Shown here: positions 32,969-41,688 of the stretch, in pieces
Layout of the letters: every line of letters begins with the position of its first letter
How positions within the stretch are numbered: position 1 is the first letter of the stretch
Source: Minisyncoccota bacterium
GTDB lineage: Bacteria; Patescibacteriota; Minisyncoccia; Phycocordibacterales; PALSA-1337
Direction: 5' to 3'
DNA length: 51,743 nt
Assembly (NCBI GenBank): GCA_036516895.1
Contig: DATDZD010000016.1
Location: forward strand, 1-51,743
Program-made: the position numbers and the translations under genes
Notes under the pieces: model-generated
The model's input: only the letters and a program-made list of their open reading frames with translations
Told to the model about the DNA's origin: nothing
The model's database searches: none

Positions 32969-35900
32969 ATGATATATAGAATGTATCGTCAGATTAACAG
33001 TGGCTTGGAATATGGTTTCTATATTGAAACCACAAGCCAGCTGTCAGGGCAATCACTCAAAAAATTAAAATGGCTTATTGCGGAAACATTTGAAGTGGAA
33101 AAAACTAGACCAGGACCTCAATACCAAGGTAGATTTGTGGTTGAGATAGGACCACGATTGTCAATTGAAACCCCATTTTCATCCAATGCTGTGGCAATAG
33201 CGCATAACATGGATATTCCTGAAGTCATTCGCATCGAGCGGACTCATCTGCACATTACAGGTGACTCTGGAAAAGGAAGGGCATGGGCACTACAAAAAAT
33301 TGATATAATGACCGAACAACATTACCCAAATGGGATTGGGGGCTTTGACACCGGCACTGCGCCGGAACCAGTCAAAGTTGTTGACCTTCTCGGTTTTGGA
33401 CAACTTCTTCTCAGGGAAATAAACTCTGAGCTTGGTTTGGGCATGGATGACAATGATATTGAATATTACTACAATCTTTTTGTACACACTCTCAAAAGAA
33501 ATCCGACTGATGTTGAATTGTTCCAGCTAGGCAATGCGAACAGTGAGCACAGCCGGCACTGGTACTTCAAAGGCAAGATGGTCATCGATGGACAGACAAT
33601 AGAAAAGACTTTGATGCAAATCGTCCAATTTCCATTGGTCAATCTCAATAGGCAGAACAGACAGCATACGAGTCTGGTCGCCTTCAAAGACAACGCCGGA
33701 GTAATCAAAGGATTCAGCACACGCCTTATCCTGCCAGTCACTCCGGGCAAACCTTCGGAAATGCGAGTCCTCGATAAGGTGGTCCATATCACTTGTACCG
33801 CAGAGACGCACAACCATCCGACATTCGTCGCGCCCTTCCCCGGTGCCCAAACAGGCGCAGGTGGACGGATACGCGACAACACAGCAGTCGGGCGTGGAGG
33901 CATCGTTGGTATCGGTGTCGCCGGTTACTTTGTCGGAAACCTTTTCATTCCCGGATATCAAATTCCGGGCGAGGTTGTCGGCAGAGACAAGCCATCGAAA
34001 TACGCTTCGCCTCTCTCAATTCTCATTGAAGGCAGCAATGGCGTATCAAGCTATGGCAATCAGTTCGGCGAACCCCTCACACTGGGCTTTACCCGAACTT
34101 TCGGTAAGCTTATCGGAAGCGAATGGCGTGAACCTCGCAAGCCGATACTCTACAGTGGTGGCGTTGGTCATTTATTTGATGGACACATCACCAAAGAGAC
34201 ACCTGAAGTTGGAATGCTCATCGTGCGCATCGGCGGTCATGCCTATCCCATCGGGGTCGGCGGAGGCTCAGCTTCAAGTATGATGCAGGGAGAGAATTCC
34301 GAGTCGCTCGATTGGAACTCCGTTCAGCGCGGAAACGCAGAGATGGAGAATCGTGCGAACCGGGTCATTCGAGCCTGTGTCGAAATGGGAGATAAAAATC
34401 CCATCTCGAGCATTCACGACCAAGGTGCTGGAGGACCATCGAATGTTCTTACTGAACTCCTCGAACCTCTCGGTGGCAAGATTGACATTCGTGGCATCGT
34501 GCTTGGCGACAAGACGATGTCTGTTCTCAAAATCTGGAGCGCCGAATTCCAAGAAGGATATGGACTCCTGATCAGGGTAGAACAGGTCGGGCTTTTCAAG
34601 TCGGTTTGCAAACGCGAGCGCGTCAACTGCGAAGTTCTAGGAGAGATTGACGGCAGTGGAAACATTGTCGTTCTTGATTCTCAAAACGGGACAACGCTCG
34701 TCGAACTGAACCTGGGGCATATTCTTACGAACATGCCCCAGAAGACATTCGAGTCAAACCGGCGGACCGAAAGCTTCAAGCTTTTGGTCTTGCCGAATAT
34801 CACTATCGGCGAAGCAATCCGGACGGTATTTAAACTTCCTAGTGTGGGCTCAAAGGGATTTCTTGTCAACAAGGTAGACCGAAGCGTCACTGGGCTCGTA
34901 GCACAACAGCAATGTTGTGGTATCGCTCAGATTCCGATTGCAAATGTCAGTGTCAATGCGCAGAGCCATTTCGGTCTGACTGGATCCGCTTGCGCTATCG
35001 GAGAAAATCCGATTCGGATGCTCATTGATTCGGAAGCTGGCGCTCGAATGGTTGTGGGAGAATTCCTCACCAATATGGCGTCAGTGGTAATCAGCAACAT
35101 CGGAGACATCCGGTGCCGTGCAAACTGGATGTGGCCTGCAAAACTGCCTCACGAAGGTGCCCTTCTCTATGACGCCACTCAAGCCATGTCAAATTTGATG
35201 ATAGACTTGGGCATCGCAGTTGATGGAGGAAAGGACAGCCTTTCAATGGCTGCGATGGTACAAGGAAATCTAGTAAAAGCTCCTGGAAGTTTGGTGATAT
35301 TTGGATACGCATCCGTGCCTGACATTACGAAAAAGGTTACACCGGATATAAAAAAACCCGGCAAGAGTGTTTTGGCACTCATTGATCTTGGACAAGGTAA
35401 AAATCGCCTTGGCGGTTCTGCTCTGGCTCAAGCGTTCAATCGACTCGGTGACGAAACACCTGATGTTGATGATCCGAAACTCCTCAAGAATGCATTTGAG
35501 GTAATGCAGATTATAATCAACGAAGAACTGATTCTGTCTCTGCATGATCGAAGCGATGGTGGCCTCATAACTGCAGTTGCTGAGATGTGCATGGCGAGCC
35601 GGTGCGGATTCACTCTAAAGGTCACGAGTTGGAATGTGGTGGACCACATGGATGTTATGGATGAGTTATTCGCCGAAGAGCTCGGTTTCATCATGGAACT
35701 TGACCCTCAAAATGAAAAACTAGTTCGAGTTATCTGTGATAGATTTGGCATTCCATTCACATGGATTGGAACAACTGAATCAACTGAAAGGTGTGTCATT
35801 CGTGATGATTACAAAGAAATATTTAGTGTAACTACCAGAGAACTTCGTCTTTGGTGGGAATCAACAAGCTATCATATTGAGAAACTGCAGGTTACCCCCG

Positions 35901-36856
35901 AATGCGCTAAGGTGGAATATTTTGGACATAACTATCGTTTGCTTAATAATATCGATACAGCTCCATCGTATAAGCTCTCATTCATTCCAGCAACAACGCT
36001 CCCGGAAGTTTTGGAAGCACGAGACAAACCTCGCGTTGCAATATTGCGCGAGGAAGGTACGAATGGTGACAGAGAAATGCAAGCTGCATGTCTGGCAGGA
36101 GGTCTTGCTCCATGGGATGTCACAATGAGTGATCTCCTTGAAGGCAGGATCGATCTGGATTATTTTCAGGGTATCATCTTTGCCGGTGGATTCTCCTATA
36201 TGGATGTGTTTGATAGTGCGAAAGGATGGGCAGGAACAATTCTTTTCAATGAAAAGTTGAGAGAGATGTTCGACAAATTCTATTACGCTCGCCGAGATAC
36301 GTTTTCACTCGGTGTGTGTAATGGTTGTCAGCTCGTGGCTCTTCTTGGACTTGTTCCGTTCGTTAGTGATGCGGAGAATCAGGTTTATGGCAGACCAACA
36401 GATCAGTATCAACCAAGGTTTATTCACAACACTTCGGGCAGGTTTGAGTCTCGATGGGTACAGGTGGAGGTTCTCCCAAGCCCATCGGTGCTTCTTGCCG
36501 GGATGGAAGGTTCAAAACTTGGTGTGTGGGTCGCTCATGGTGAAGGGCGCTTAGTGTGCTCTCACAAAAAAGTGGCTGGGAGAATAAAAGAACACAACCT
36601 TGCTCCTTTCGCATTCATTGATCCATCAGGGTGTCGAACAGAGGTGTATCCGTACAACCCAAATGGTTCGCCAGACGGGATTACGGCACTCTGCTCTCCG
36701 GATGGTAGGCATCTTGCAATGATGCCTCATCCAGAACGTTGTTTCCGTTTGTGGCAATGGCCTTGGATGCCAGAGTCTTGGAGAAAGCTCGAGGCTTCAC
36801 CATGGCTTAGAATTTTTCAGAATGCCAGAACATGGTGTTGGGAAAACAGGGCTTAG
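32969..36856 (+). CDS. purL: phosphoribosylformylglycinamidine (FGAM) synthase, single-chain large PurL
   Basis: About 1295 aa comprising an N-terminal domain, duplicated AIR-synthase-like FGAM synthetase domains and a C-terminal class I glutaminase (GVCNGCQL Cys, MMPHPER His). The ATG at 32969 is preferred over the TTG at 32933. G+C is about 52% (line 34081-34140). Confidence 0.93.
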   Translation: MIYRMYRQINSGLEYGFYIETTSQLSGQSLKKLKWLIAETFEVEKTRPGPQYQGRFVVEIGPRLSIETPFSSNAVAIAHNMDIPEVIRIERTHLHITGDSGKGRAWALQKIDIMTEQHYPNGIGGFDTGTAPEPVKVVDLLGFGQLLLREINSELGLGMDDNDIEYYYNLFVHTLKRNPTDVELFQLGNANSEHSRHWYFKGKMVIDGQTIEKTLMQIVQFPLVNLNRQNRQHTSLVAFKDNAGVIKGFSTRLILPVTPGKPSEMRVLDKVVHITCTAETHNHPTFVAPFPGAQTGAGGRIRDNTAVGRGGIVGIGVAGYFVGNLFIPGYQIPGEVVGRDKPSKYASPLSILIEGSNGVSSYGNQFGEPLTLGFTRTFGKLIGSEWREPRKPILYSGGVGHLFDGHITKETPEVGMLIVRIGGHAYPIGVGGGSASSMMQGENSESLDWNSVQRGNAEMENRANRVIRACVEMGDKNPISSIHDQGAGGPSNVLTELLEPLGGKIDIRGIVLGDKTMSVLKIWSAEFQEGYGLLIRVEQVGLFKSVCKRERVNCEVLGEIDGSGNIVVLDSQNGTTLVELNLGHILTNMPQKTFESNRRTESFKLLVLPNITIGEAIRTVFKLPSVGSKGFLVNKVDRSVTGLVAQQQCCGIAQIPIANVSVNAQSHFGLTGSACAIGENPIRMLIDSEAGARMVVGEFLTNMASVVISNIGDIRCRANWMWPAKLPHEGALLYDATQAMSNLMIDLGIAVDGGKDSLSMAAMVQGNLVKAPGSLVIFGYASVPDITKKVTPDIKKPGKSVLALIDLGQGKNRLGGSALAQAFNRLGDETPDVDDPKLLKNAFEVMQIIINEELILSLHDRSDGGLITAVAEMCMASRCGFTLKVTSWNVVDHMDVMDELFAEELGFIMELDPQNEKLVRVICDRFGIPFTWIGTTESTERCVIRDDYKEIFSVTTRELRLWWESTSYHIEKLQVTPECAKVEYFGHNYRLLNNIDTAPSYKLSFIPATTLPEVLEARDKPRVAILREEGTNGDREMQAACLAGGLAPWDVTMSDLLEGRIDLDYFQGIIFAGGFSYMDVFDSAKGWAGTILFNEKLREMFDKFYYARRDTFSLGVCNGCQLVALLGLVPFVSDAENQVYGRPTDQYQPRFIHNTSGRFESRWVQVEVLPSPSVLLAGMEGSKLGVWVAHGEGRLVCSHKKVAGRIKEHNLAPFAFIDPSGCRTEVYPYNPNGSPDGITALCSPDGRHLAMMPHPERCFRLWQWPWMPESWRKLEASPWLRIFQNARTWCWENRA

Positions 36857-36880
36857 GGTAATGTTCCAAAACCAATCCGA

Positions 36881-36911
36881 CCTCTTGCATAGCGACGCAA
36901 GGGGTTTTTTA
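36881..36911 (+). terminator. rho-independent terminator of purL
   Basis: CCTCTTGC (36881-88) pairs with GCAAGGGG (36897-904), followed by TTTTTT. Confidence 0.7.
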
Positions 36912-37013
36912 TTAAAAACTGCTGTGTTGATTTCTTTCAAAATAAATTTATTTCAAATAGACTGGGAGTCGTTTTAGTAAACAAACCCAAGAAGTGATAA
37001 TATAAATTTACAA

Positions 37014-38276
37014 ATGAATATGGCTAGAATTTGGAATAGATATAAACAGACGAATACCTCTCTTGGCAAGAAGGTCTTTATTGGCATGTCCGGAGGAGTG
37101 GATAGCTCTGTTTCCGCTGTATTACTAAAAAAACAAGGATATGATGTGACCGGGGTTTTCATCAAAGTCTGGCAACCTGAATGGCTTGCAAATACTTCTG
37201 TTTGCACTTGGAGAGAAGACCGACTTGACGCCATGAGAGTGGCGGCAAAGATTGATATTCCTTTTATTACTCTTGATTTAGAAAGGGAATATAAGAAAGA
37301 AGTGGTAGACCATATGATAAGCGAATACAGGGTTGGAAGGACACCTAATCCTGATGTGATGTGCAACGCTTATGTGAAATTTGGCGGATTTTTTGATTGG
37401 GCTATGAAACAAGGCGCGGATTTTGTGGCGACGGGGCATTATGCACAGATTGTTAATATTAAAAGCAATGGGGCAGAATTGACTTCTGAAGGAACTCTCG
37501 GAGCCGCGAAGGCGGCGAGAGGGAGCGCGCCGTCAGCAGACGGCGACGCGTGTCCTGAAGAAGTCAATTCTGCCCCATTGCTTGCTATGGGTATTGACTC
37601 AAATAAAGACCAATCATATTTTCTCTGGACATTAAAAAGAGAACAATTGCTACACATTTTATTTCCCGTTGGAAATATTTCAAAACCAGAAGTGAGAAAA
37701 TTGGCAAAAAAATTTGGTTTACCAAATGCGGAAAAAAAAGATAGTCAAGGTCTTTGTTTTATAGGTAAAATAGATGTTAAAGAATTTCTATCTCATTATA
37801 TGCCTGCGAAGAAAGGCAATGTTCTAGATGTAAAAGGGAATATAATCGGCGAACATGACGGTTCTTTCTTTTTTACCATAGGAGAAAGACATGGCTTTAC
37901 TATTACGAAAAAGACTCCGAATGACGAGCCATATTATATTATCTCAAAGGATATAAGAGAAAATACCATAACTGTTTCAAATAAATCCAAGCAAGGTCAT
38001 TTACCAGATGGTCAAAGAGAGGTGAAATTGAAAGATGTTAATTGGATAAGCGGAAAGCCACCAAAAGTTGGGAGAATATTGCAAGCGAGATCAAGATATC
38101 GTGAGCCATTGCAAAAAATAAAAATCATAGATGAAGTGATAAAAACAGTCGTTACTGTTCACAATCATGAATTAACCATACAATTTGAAAGACCGCAATA
38201 TACTCTTTCATCTGGGCAATCTCTAGTCATATATGATGGAGATATTTGTTGGGGGGGAGGGGTAATTGTGATATAA
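37014..38276 (+). CDS. mnmA: tRNA-specific 2-thiouridylase MnmA (carries an in-frame palindromic element at 37463-37583)
   Basis: PP-loop [10 protein letters not shown], the ATGHYA motif, [10 protein letters not shown] and a catalytic Cys context (DSQGLCFIG). Confidence 0.95.
   Translation: [420 protein letters not shown]
37463..37583. repeat. 121-nt GC-cored palindromic element in frame within mnmA
   Basis: A 25-nt perfect inverted repeat (37463-37487 versus 37559-37583) is extended by 4 more base pairs. The core has two hairpins (37495-37521 and 37525-37549). Line 37501-37560 is 73% G+C. Confidence 0.8.
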
Positions 38277-38283
38277 TTTTCTT

Positions 38284-39120
38284 ATGAGCAATTCTATGAC
38301 CATCACCAAAGCTGATGGTACAAAAGAAAATTTTGAAGAATATAAACTTACTGATTCTCTAAAGAGGGCTGGAGGGTCAGCTGATATTGCCAGAAATATT
38401 GTCGGCCATATCAAAGGAGACCTACAAGATGGCATGCCCACAAGTCAGATTTACGAAAGAGCTTTTTGTTTATTGAGAGAATATTCTATACCCATAGCTG
38501 TCAAATACTCTCTTCGTAGAGCTCTTTCGGAACTTGGTCCAGACGGTTTTCCTTTTGAAAAATATGTGTCCCGCATCTTCAATGCTTGGGGATATAAGAC
38601 TCTTACAGACCAAACTGTTTCTGGGTTATGTGTTTCTCATGAAGTAGATGTCGTAGCTTGGAAAAGAGACAAGCTTGCTATGGCTGAAGTAAAATTCCAT
38701 AATGAATTTTGGCTCAAGTCTGACCTCAAGGTGATTCTTTATGTCAAAGCCAGATTTGACGACTTGCGCCAAAGTTCTTTCAATTATGGAGGAATTGCGC
38801 AGAAATTAGATGAAGGGTGGATTATTACAAATACAAAGTTTACAGACCAAGCCATAAAGTATGGAGAATGTCAGAATATAAAAATGATGGGCTGGAATTA
38901 TTCGCGTGGCAATCTTCATGATGTCATTGAGGAATTGCATTTGCATCCCTTTACTTGTCTTATCTCTCTTTCTAATGTTCACAAAAAAGATTTGCTTAGG
39001 AAAGGCGTTGTGCTTTGCTCTGACATACTCAATCATCAAGGATATTTGAAAGAAATCGGTATGAATACAGAAGATATTCCAAAAGTCATTGAAGAGGCAA
39101 ATATAGTTTGCGGTTCATAA
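38284..39120 (+). CDS. ATP-cone domain fused to a restriction-endonuclease-like (PD-(D/E)xK) domain
   Basis: The N-terminal ATP-cone pattern is ITKADGTKENFEEYKLTDSLKRAG...SQIYERAFCLLRE. The central nuclease-like core is FEKYVSRIFNAWGY...HEVDVVAW...MAEVKF. Confidence 0.7.
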   Translation: MSNSMTITKADGTKENFEEYKLTDSLKRAGGSADIARNIVGHIKGDLQDGMPTSQIYERAFCLLREYSIPIAVKYSLRRALSELGPDGFPFEKYVSRIFNAWGYKTLTDQTVSGLCVSHEVDVVAWKRDKLAMAEVKFHNEFWLKSDLKVILYVKARFDDLRQSSFNYGGIAQKLDEGWIITNTKFTDQAIKYGECQNIKMMGWNYSRGNLHDVIEELHLHPFTCLISLSNVHKKDLLRKGVVLCSDILNHQGYLKEIGMNTEDIPKVIEEANIVCGS

Positions 39121-39151
39121 CTTTCCCAGACTTCATTTATATATTTTATCT

Positions 39152-39742
39152 ATGTCAAAGACCGACCTCATGAAGAAAATAAAAGATGAAGTTATGGCAT
39201 TATCTTCATCACCACTTTATAGATATCGTGCAGAGAATAATTATTTTCCAGTCATAGGTGAAGGCAGTCATGATGCTTGCATTATGTTTGTAGGAGAAGC
39301 TCCTGGTAGAAATGAAGCCAAGACCGGAAAGCCATTTTGCGGAGCGGCGGGTAAAATATTGGATGAACTTTTAGAAAGTGTTGGAATAGACAGAAAAACC
39401 GTTTATGTCACGAATATTGTGAAAGACCGTCCTCCAGAAAATAGAGACCCATCTCCAGACGAAATAGAATCATACGGGCCTTTTTTGGATAGACAAATAG
39501 AGATAATACAGCCAAAAGTTATAGCCACACTTGGTCGTTATGCTATGGGCTATATTATGAAAAAATTTGATTTGGATTTGGAACTTGAACCAATAGGACA
39601 AGCTCATGGAAAAGCGTACAAAGCTGAAGCGTCCTATGGACCTATAAATATTGTGACCCTATATCATCCCTGTGTGGCAGTATACAATAGGAAAACATTG
39701 GATACTCTCAAGAAAGATTTTGAGATATTAAAGAAATATTGA
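39152..39742 (+). CDS. uracil-DNA glycosylase superfamily protein (family 4/5-like)
   Basis: Motif A FVGEAPGRNEAKTGKPFCGAAGKILDELL and motif B TLYHPC. Confidence 0.88.
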   Translation: MSKTDLMKKIKDEVMALSSSPLYRYRAENNYFPVIGEGSHDACIMFVGEAPGRNEAKTGKPFCGAAGKILDELLESVGIDRKTVYVTNIVKDRPPENRDPSPDEIESYGPFLDRQIEIIQPKVIATLGRYAMGYIMKKFDLDLELEPIGQAHGKAYKAEASYGPINIVTLYHPCVAVYNRKTLDTLKKDFEILKKY

Positions 39743-39834
39743 TTTCATTCCTTTTACAATTAGGATGATGAAGGTGAATGGGTATTTTTTTAATTTAATT
39801 TTTATTCATTCTTATTTTATGATAAACTTTCCCC

Positions 39835-41610
39835 ATGACTTCAGCTATGACCTCATCTGAAATCCGTTCAAAATTTCTAGAATTTTTCGAGAAAAAAGGG
39901 CATAAAATAGTCTCATCGTCTTCTCTTATACCGAAAGATGACCCCTCTGTTCTTTTTACGACTGCTGGAATGCAACAATTCAAGCCATATTATACAAATG
40001 ACAAGTCAGCTCTAAAAGATTTTGGCTCAAAGAATACAGTCTCAATACAGAAATGCATAAGGACTTCCGATATAGAAGAGGTGGGGGATGATAGTCATAA
40101 CACTTTTTTTGAGATGCTTGGTAATTTTTCTTTTGGCGGTTATGGCAAGAAAATGGCGATTGAATATGCTTATGAATTTATAACTAGAGAGATGGGTTTG
40201 GATATTTCATATGTTTCTGTTTTTGGCGGTCTCAAAGATAGTTATCTCGAAAGAGATGAAGAGTCTAAGAAGATATGGCAAGCGCTTGGTATCAGAGATA
40301 TAAGAGAAGAGGAGATGAGCGATGTCTTTTGGGGGCCTACGGGTAACTCTGGACCTTGCGGTCCAACAACAGAAATATATTGTAAAAATATAGAAGGTGA
40401 AAATATAGAGATTTGGAATATTGTCTTCAACGAGTTTTATTGTCATGGTTCTCGCGAACAGCTTCTCAATGCACCAAATGAAATCAAGATTGAAAAACTG
40501 CCTTTTCTTGGTATTGATACTGGCATGGGATTTGAACGCTTGCTTTATATTGTTCAGAGAAAAAAAAGTGTTTTTGAGACGGATGTCTTTCAGTCGGTGA
40601 TGGATAAGATAAAGGTTAAATCAGAGAATTGGAATATAAAATCAGCTAGAATCGTTGCGGACCATGTCAAAGCTTCCATATTTATGATTGCCGATGGAGT
40701 CGCGCCTTCAAACACCGATAGGGGTTATGTTTTGAGGAGATTATTGCGTCGCGCGACAAGGTATGCAAAAGTCGTAGATTTAAAGATATATCTGTCCGAA
40801 TTAGTAGATTTTGTGTTAGACGAATACAAGGGATTCCATGAAAATATTTTGAAAGATAAGATTGAAATAAAAAAGGAAATAGATAAAGAGGTTGAGAAGT
40901 TTGACAAGACGATAGGGATTGGACTAAGAGAGTTCAATAAAATTTCCACAACTGATATTTCTGGCAATTCTGCCTTTACTCTTTTTTCATCATACGGTCT
41001 GCCAATTGATGTTATTATAGATTTAGCGAAAGAAAAAAAACTAGTCGTTGATGTTGAGGGTTTTGAAAAAGAGTTCAAAAAACACCAAAATCTTTCCCGC
41101 ACTGGAGCTGAGCAGAAGTTCAAAGGCGGTTTGGCTGATACGAGTGAAATGTCAAAAAGATATCACACAGCTACGCATCTTTTACATCAAGCTCTCCATG
41201 ATGTTTTAGGCAAAAGTGTGATGCAAAAAGGTTCAAATATTACTCCCGAAAGGTTGCGTTTTGATTTTTCTCATGACTCAAAAATGACAAGTGAAGAAAA
41301 AAAGAAAGTGGAAGACATTGTCAATCAAAAGATTGGAGAAGATTTGCCAGTGCAACAAGCGATTCTACCTAAAGCCGAAGCGGAAAAGATTGAAGCTAGG
41401 CATTCTTTTGATGAGAAATATGGCTCTGAGGTTTCAATCTATTATATTGGAAAGAATATGAAAGATGCTTATTCAAAAGAATTTTGCGGAGGTCCTCATA
41501 TTGTAAATACCAAAGAGCTTGCAGGACCAGAAGGAAAATGGAAGTTCAAGATTTTAAAAGAAGAAGCGTTGTCGCAAGGAGTGAGAAGAATAAAAGCTGT
41601 TCTAGATTGA
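39835..41610 (+). CDS. alaS: alanyl-tRNA synthetase, compact form lacking the C-Ala domain
   Basis: Catalytic N-terminus SEIRSKFLEFFEKKGHKIVSSSSLIPKDDPSVLFTTAGMQQFKPYY and an editing-domain HxxxH (HTATHLLHQALHDVLG). It is only 591 aa. Confidence 0.9.
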   Translation: MTSAMTSSEIRSKFLEFFEKKGHKIVSSSSLIPKDDPSVLFTTAGMQQFKPYYTNDKSALKDFGSKNTVSIQKCIRTSDIEEVGDDSHNTFFEMLGNFSFGGYGKKMAIEYAYEFITREMGLDISYVSVFGGLKDSYLERDEESKKIWQALGIRDIREEEMSDVFWGPTGNSGPCGPTTEIYCKNIEGENIEIWNIVFNEFYCHGSREQLLNAPNEIKIEKLPFLGIDTGMGFERLLYIVQRKKSVFETDVFQSVMDKIKVKSENWNIKSARIVADHVKASIFMIADGVAPSNTDRGYVLRRLLRRATRYAKVVDLKIYLSELVDFVLDEYKGFHENILKDKIEIKKEIDKEVEKFDKTIGIGLREFNKISTTDISGNSAFTLFSSYGLPIDVIIDLAKEKKLVVDVEGFEKEFKKHQNLSRTGAEQKFKGGLADTSEMSKRYHTATHLLHQALHDVLGKSVMQKGSNITPERLRFDFSHDSKMTSEEKKKVEDIVNQKIGEDLPVQQAILPKAEAEKIEARHSFDEKYGSEVSIYYIGKNMKDAYSKEFCGGPHIVNTKELAGPEGKWKFKILKEEALSQGVRRIKAVLD

Positions 41611-41688
41611 TAATTTCAAGTGAATATGTGCATAAGTTGATATTTGCACGAAGCTCTCGATTTAATTCATGTGTGTTATAATTTTACC

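Noticed and set aside
33290-36614. Many long ORFs antisense or out of frame within purL (for example 33469..33903 -, 33527..33961 -, 33843..34283 +, 35270..35545 -).
   Set aside because: They are shadow ORFs expected in a segment of about 50% G+C. The plus-frame 1295-aa product has continuous, motif-complete PurL homology, and the others have no recognisable features.
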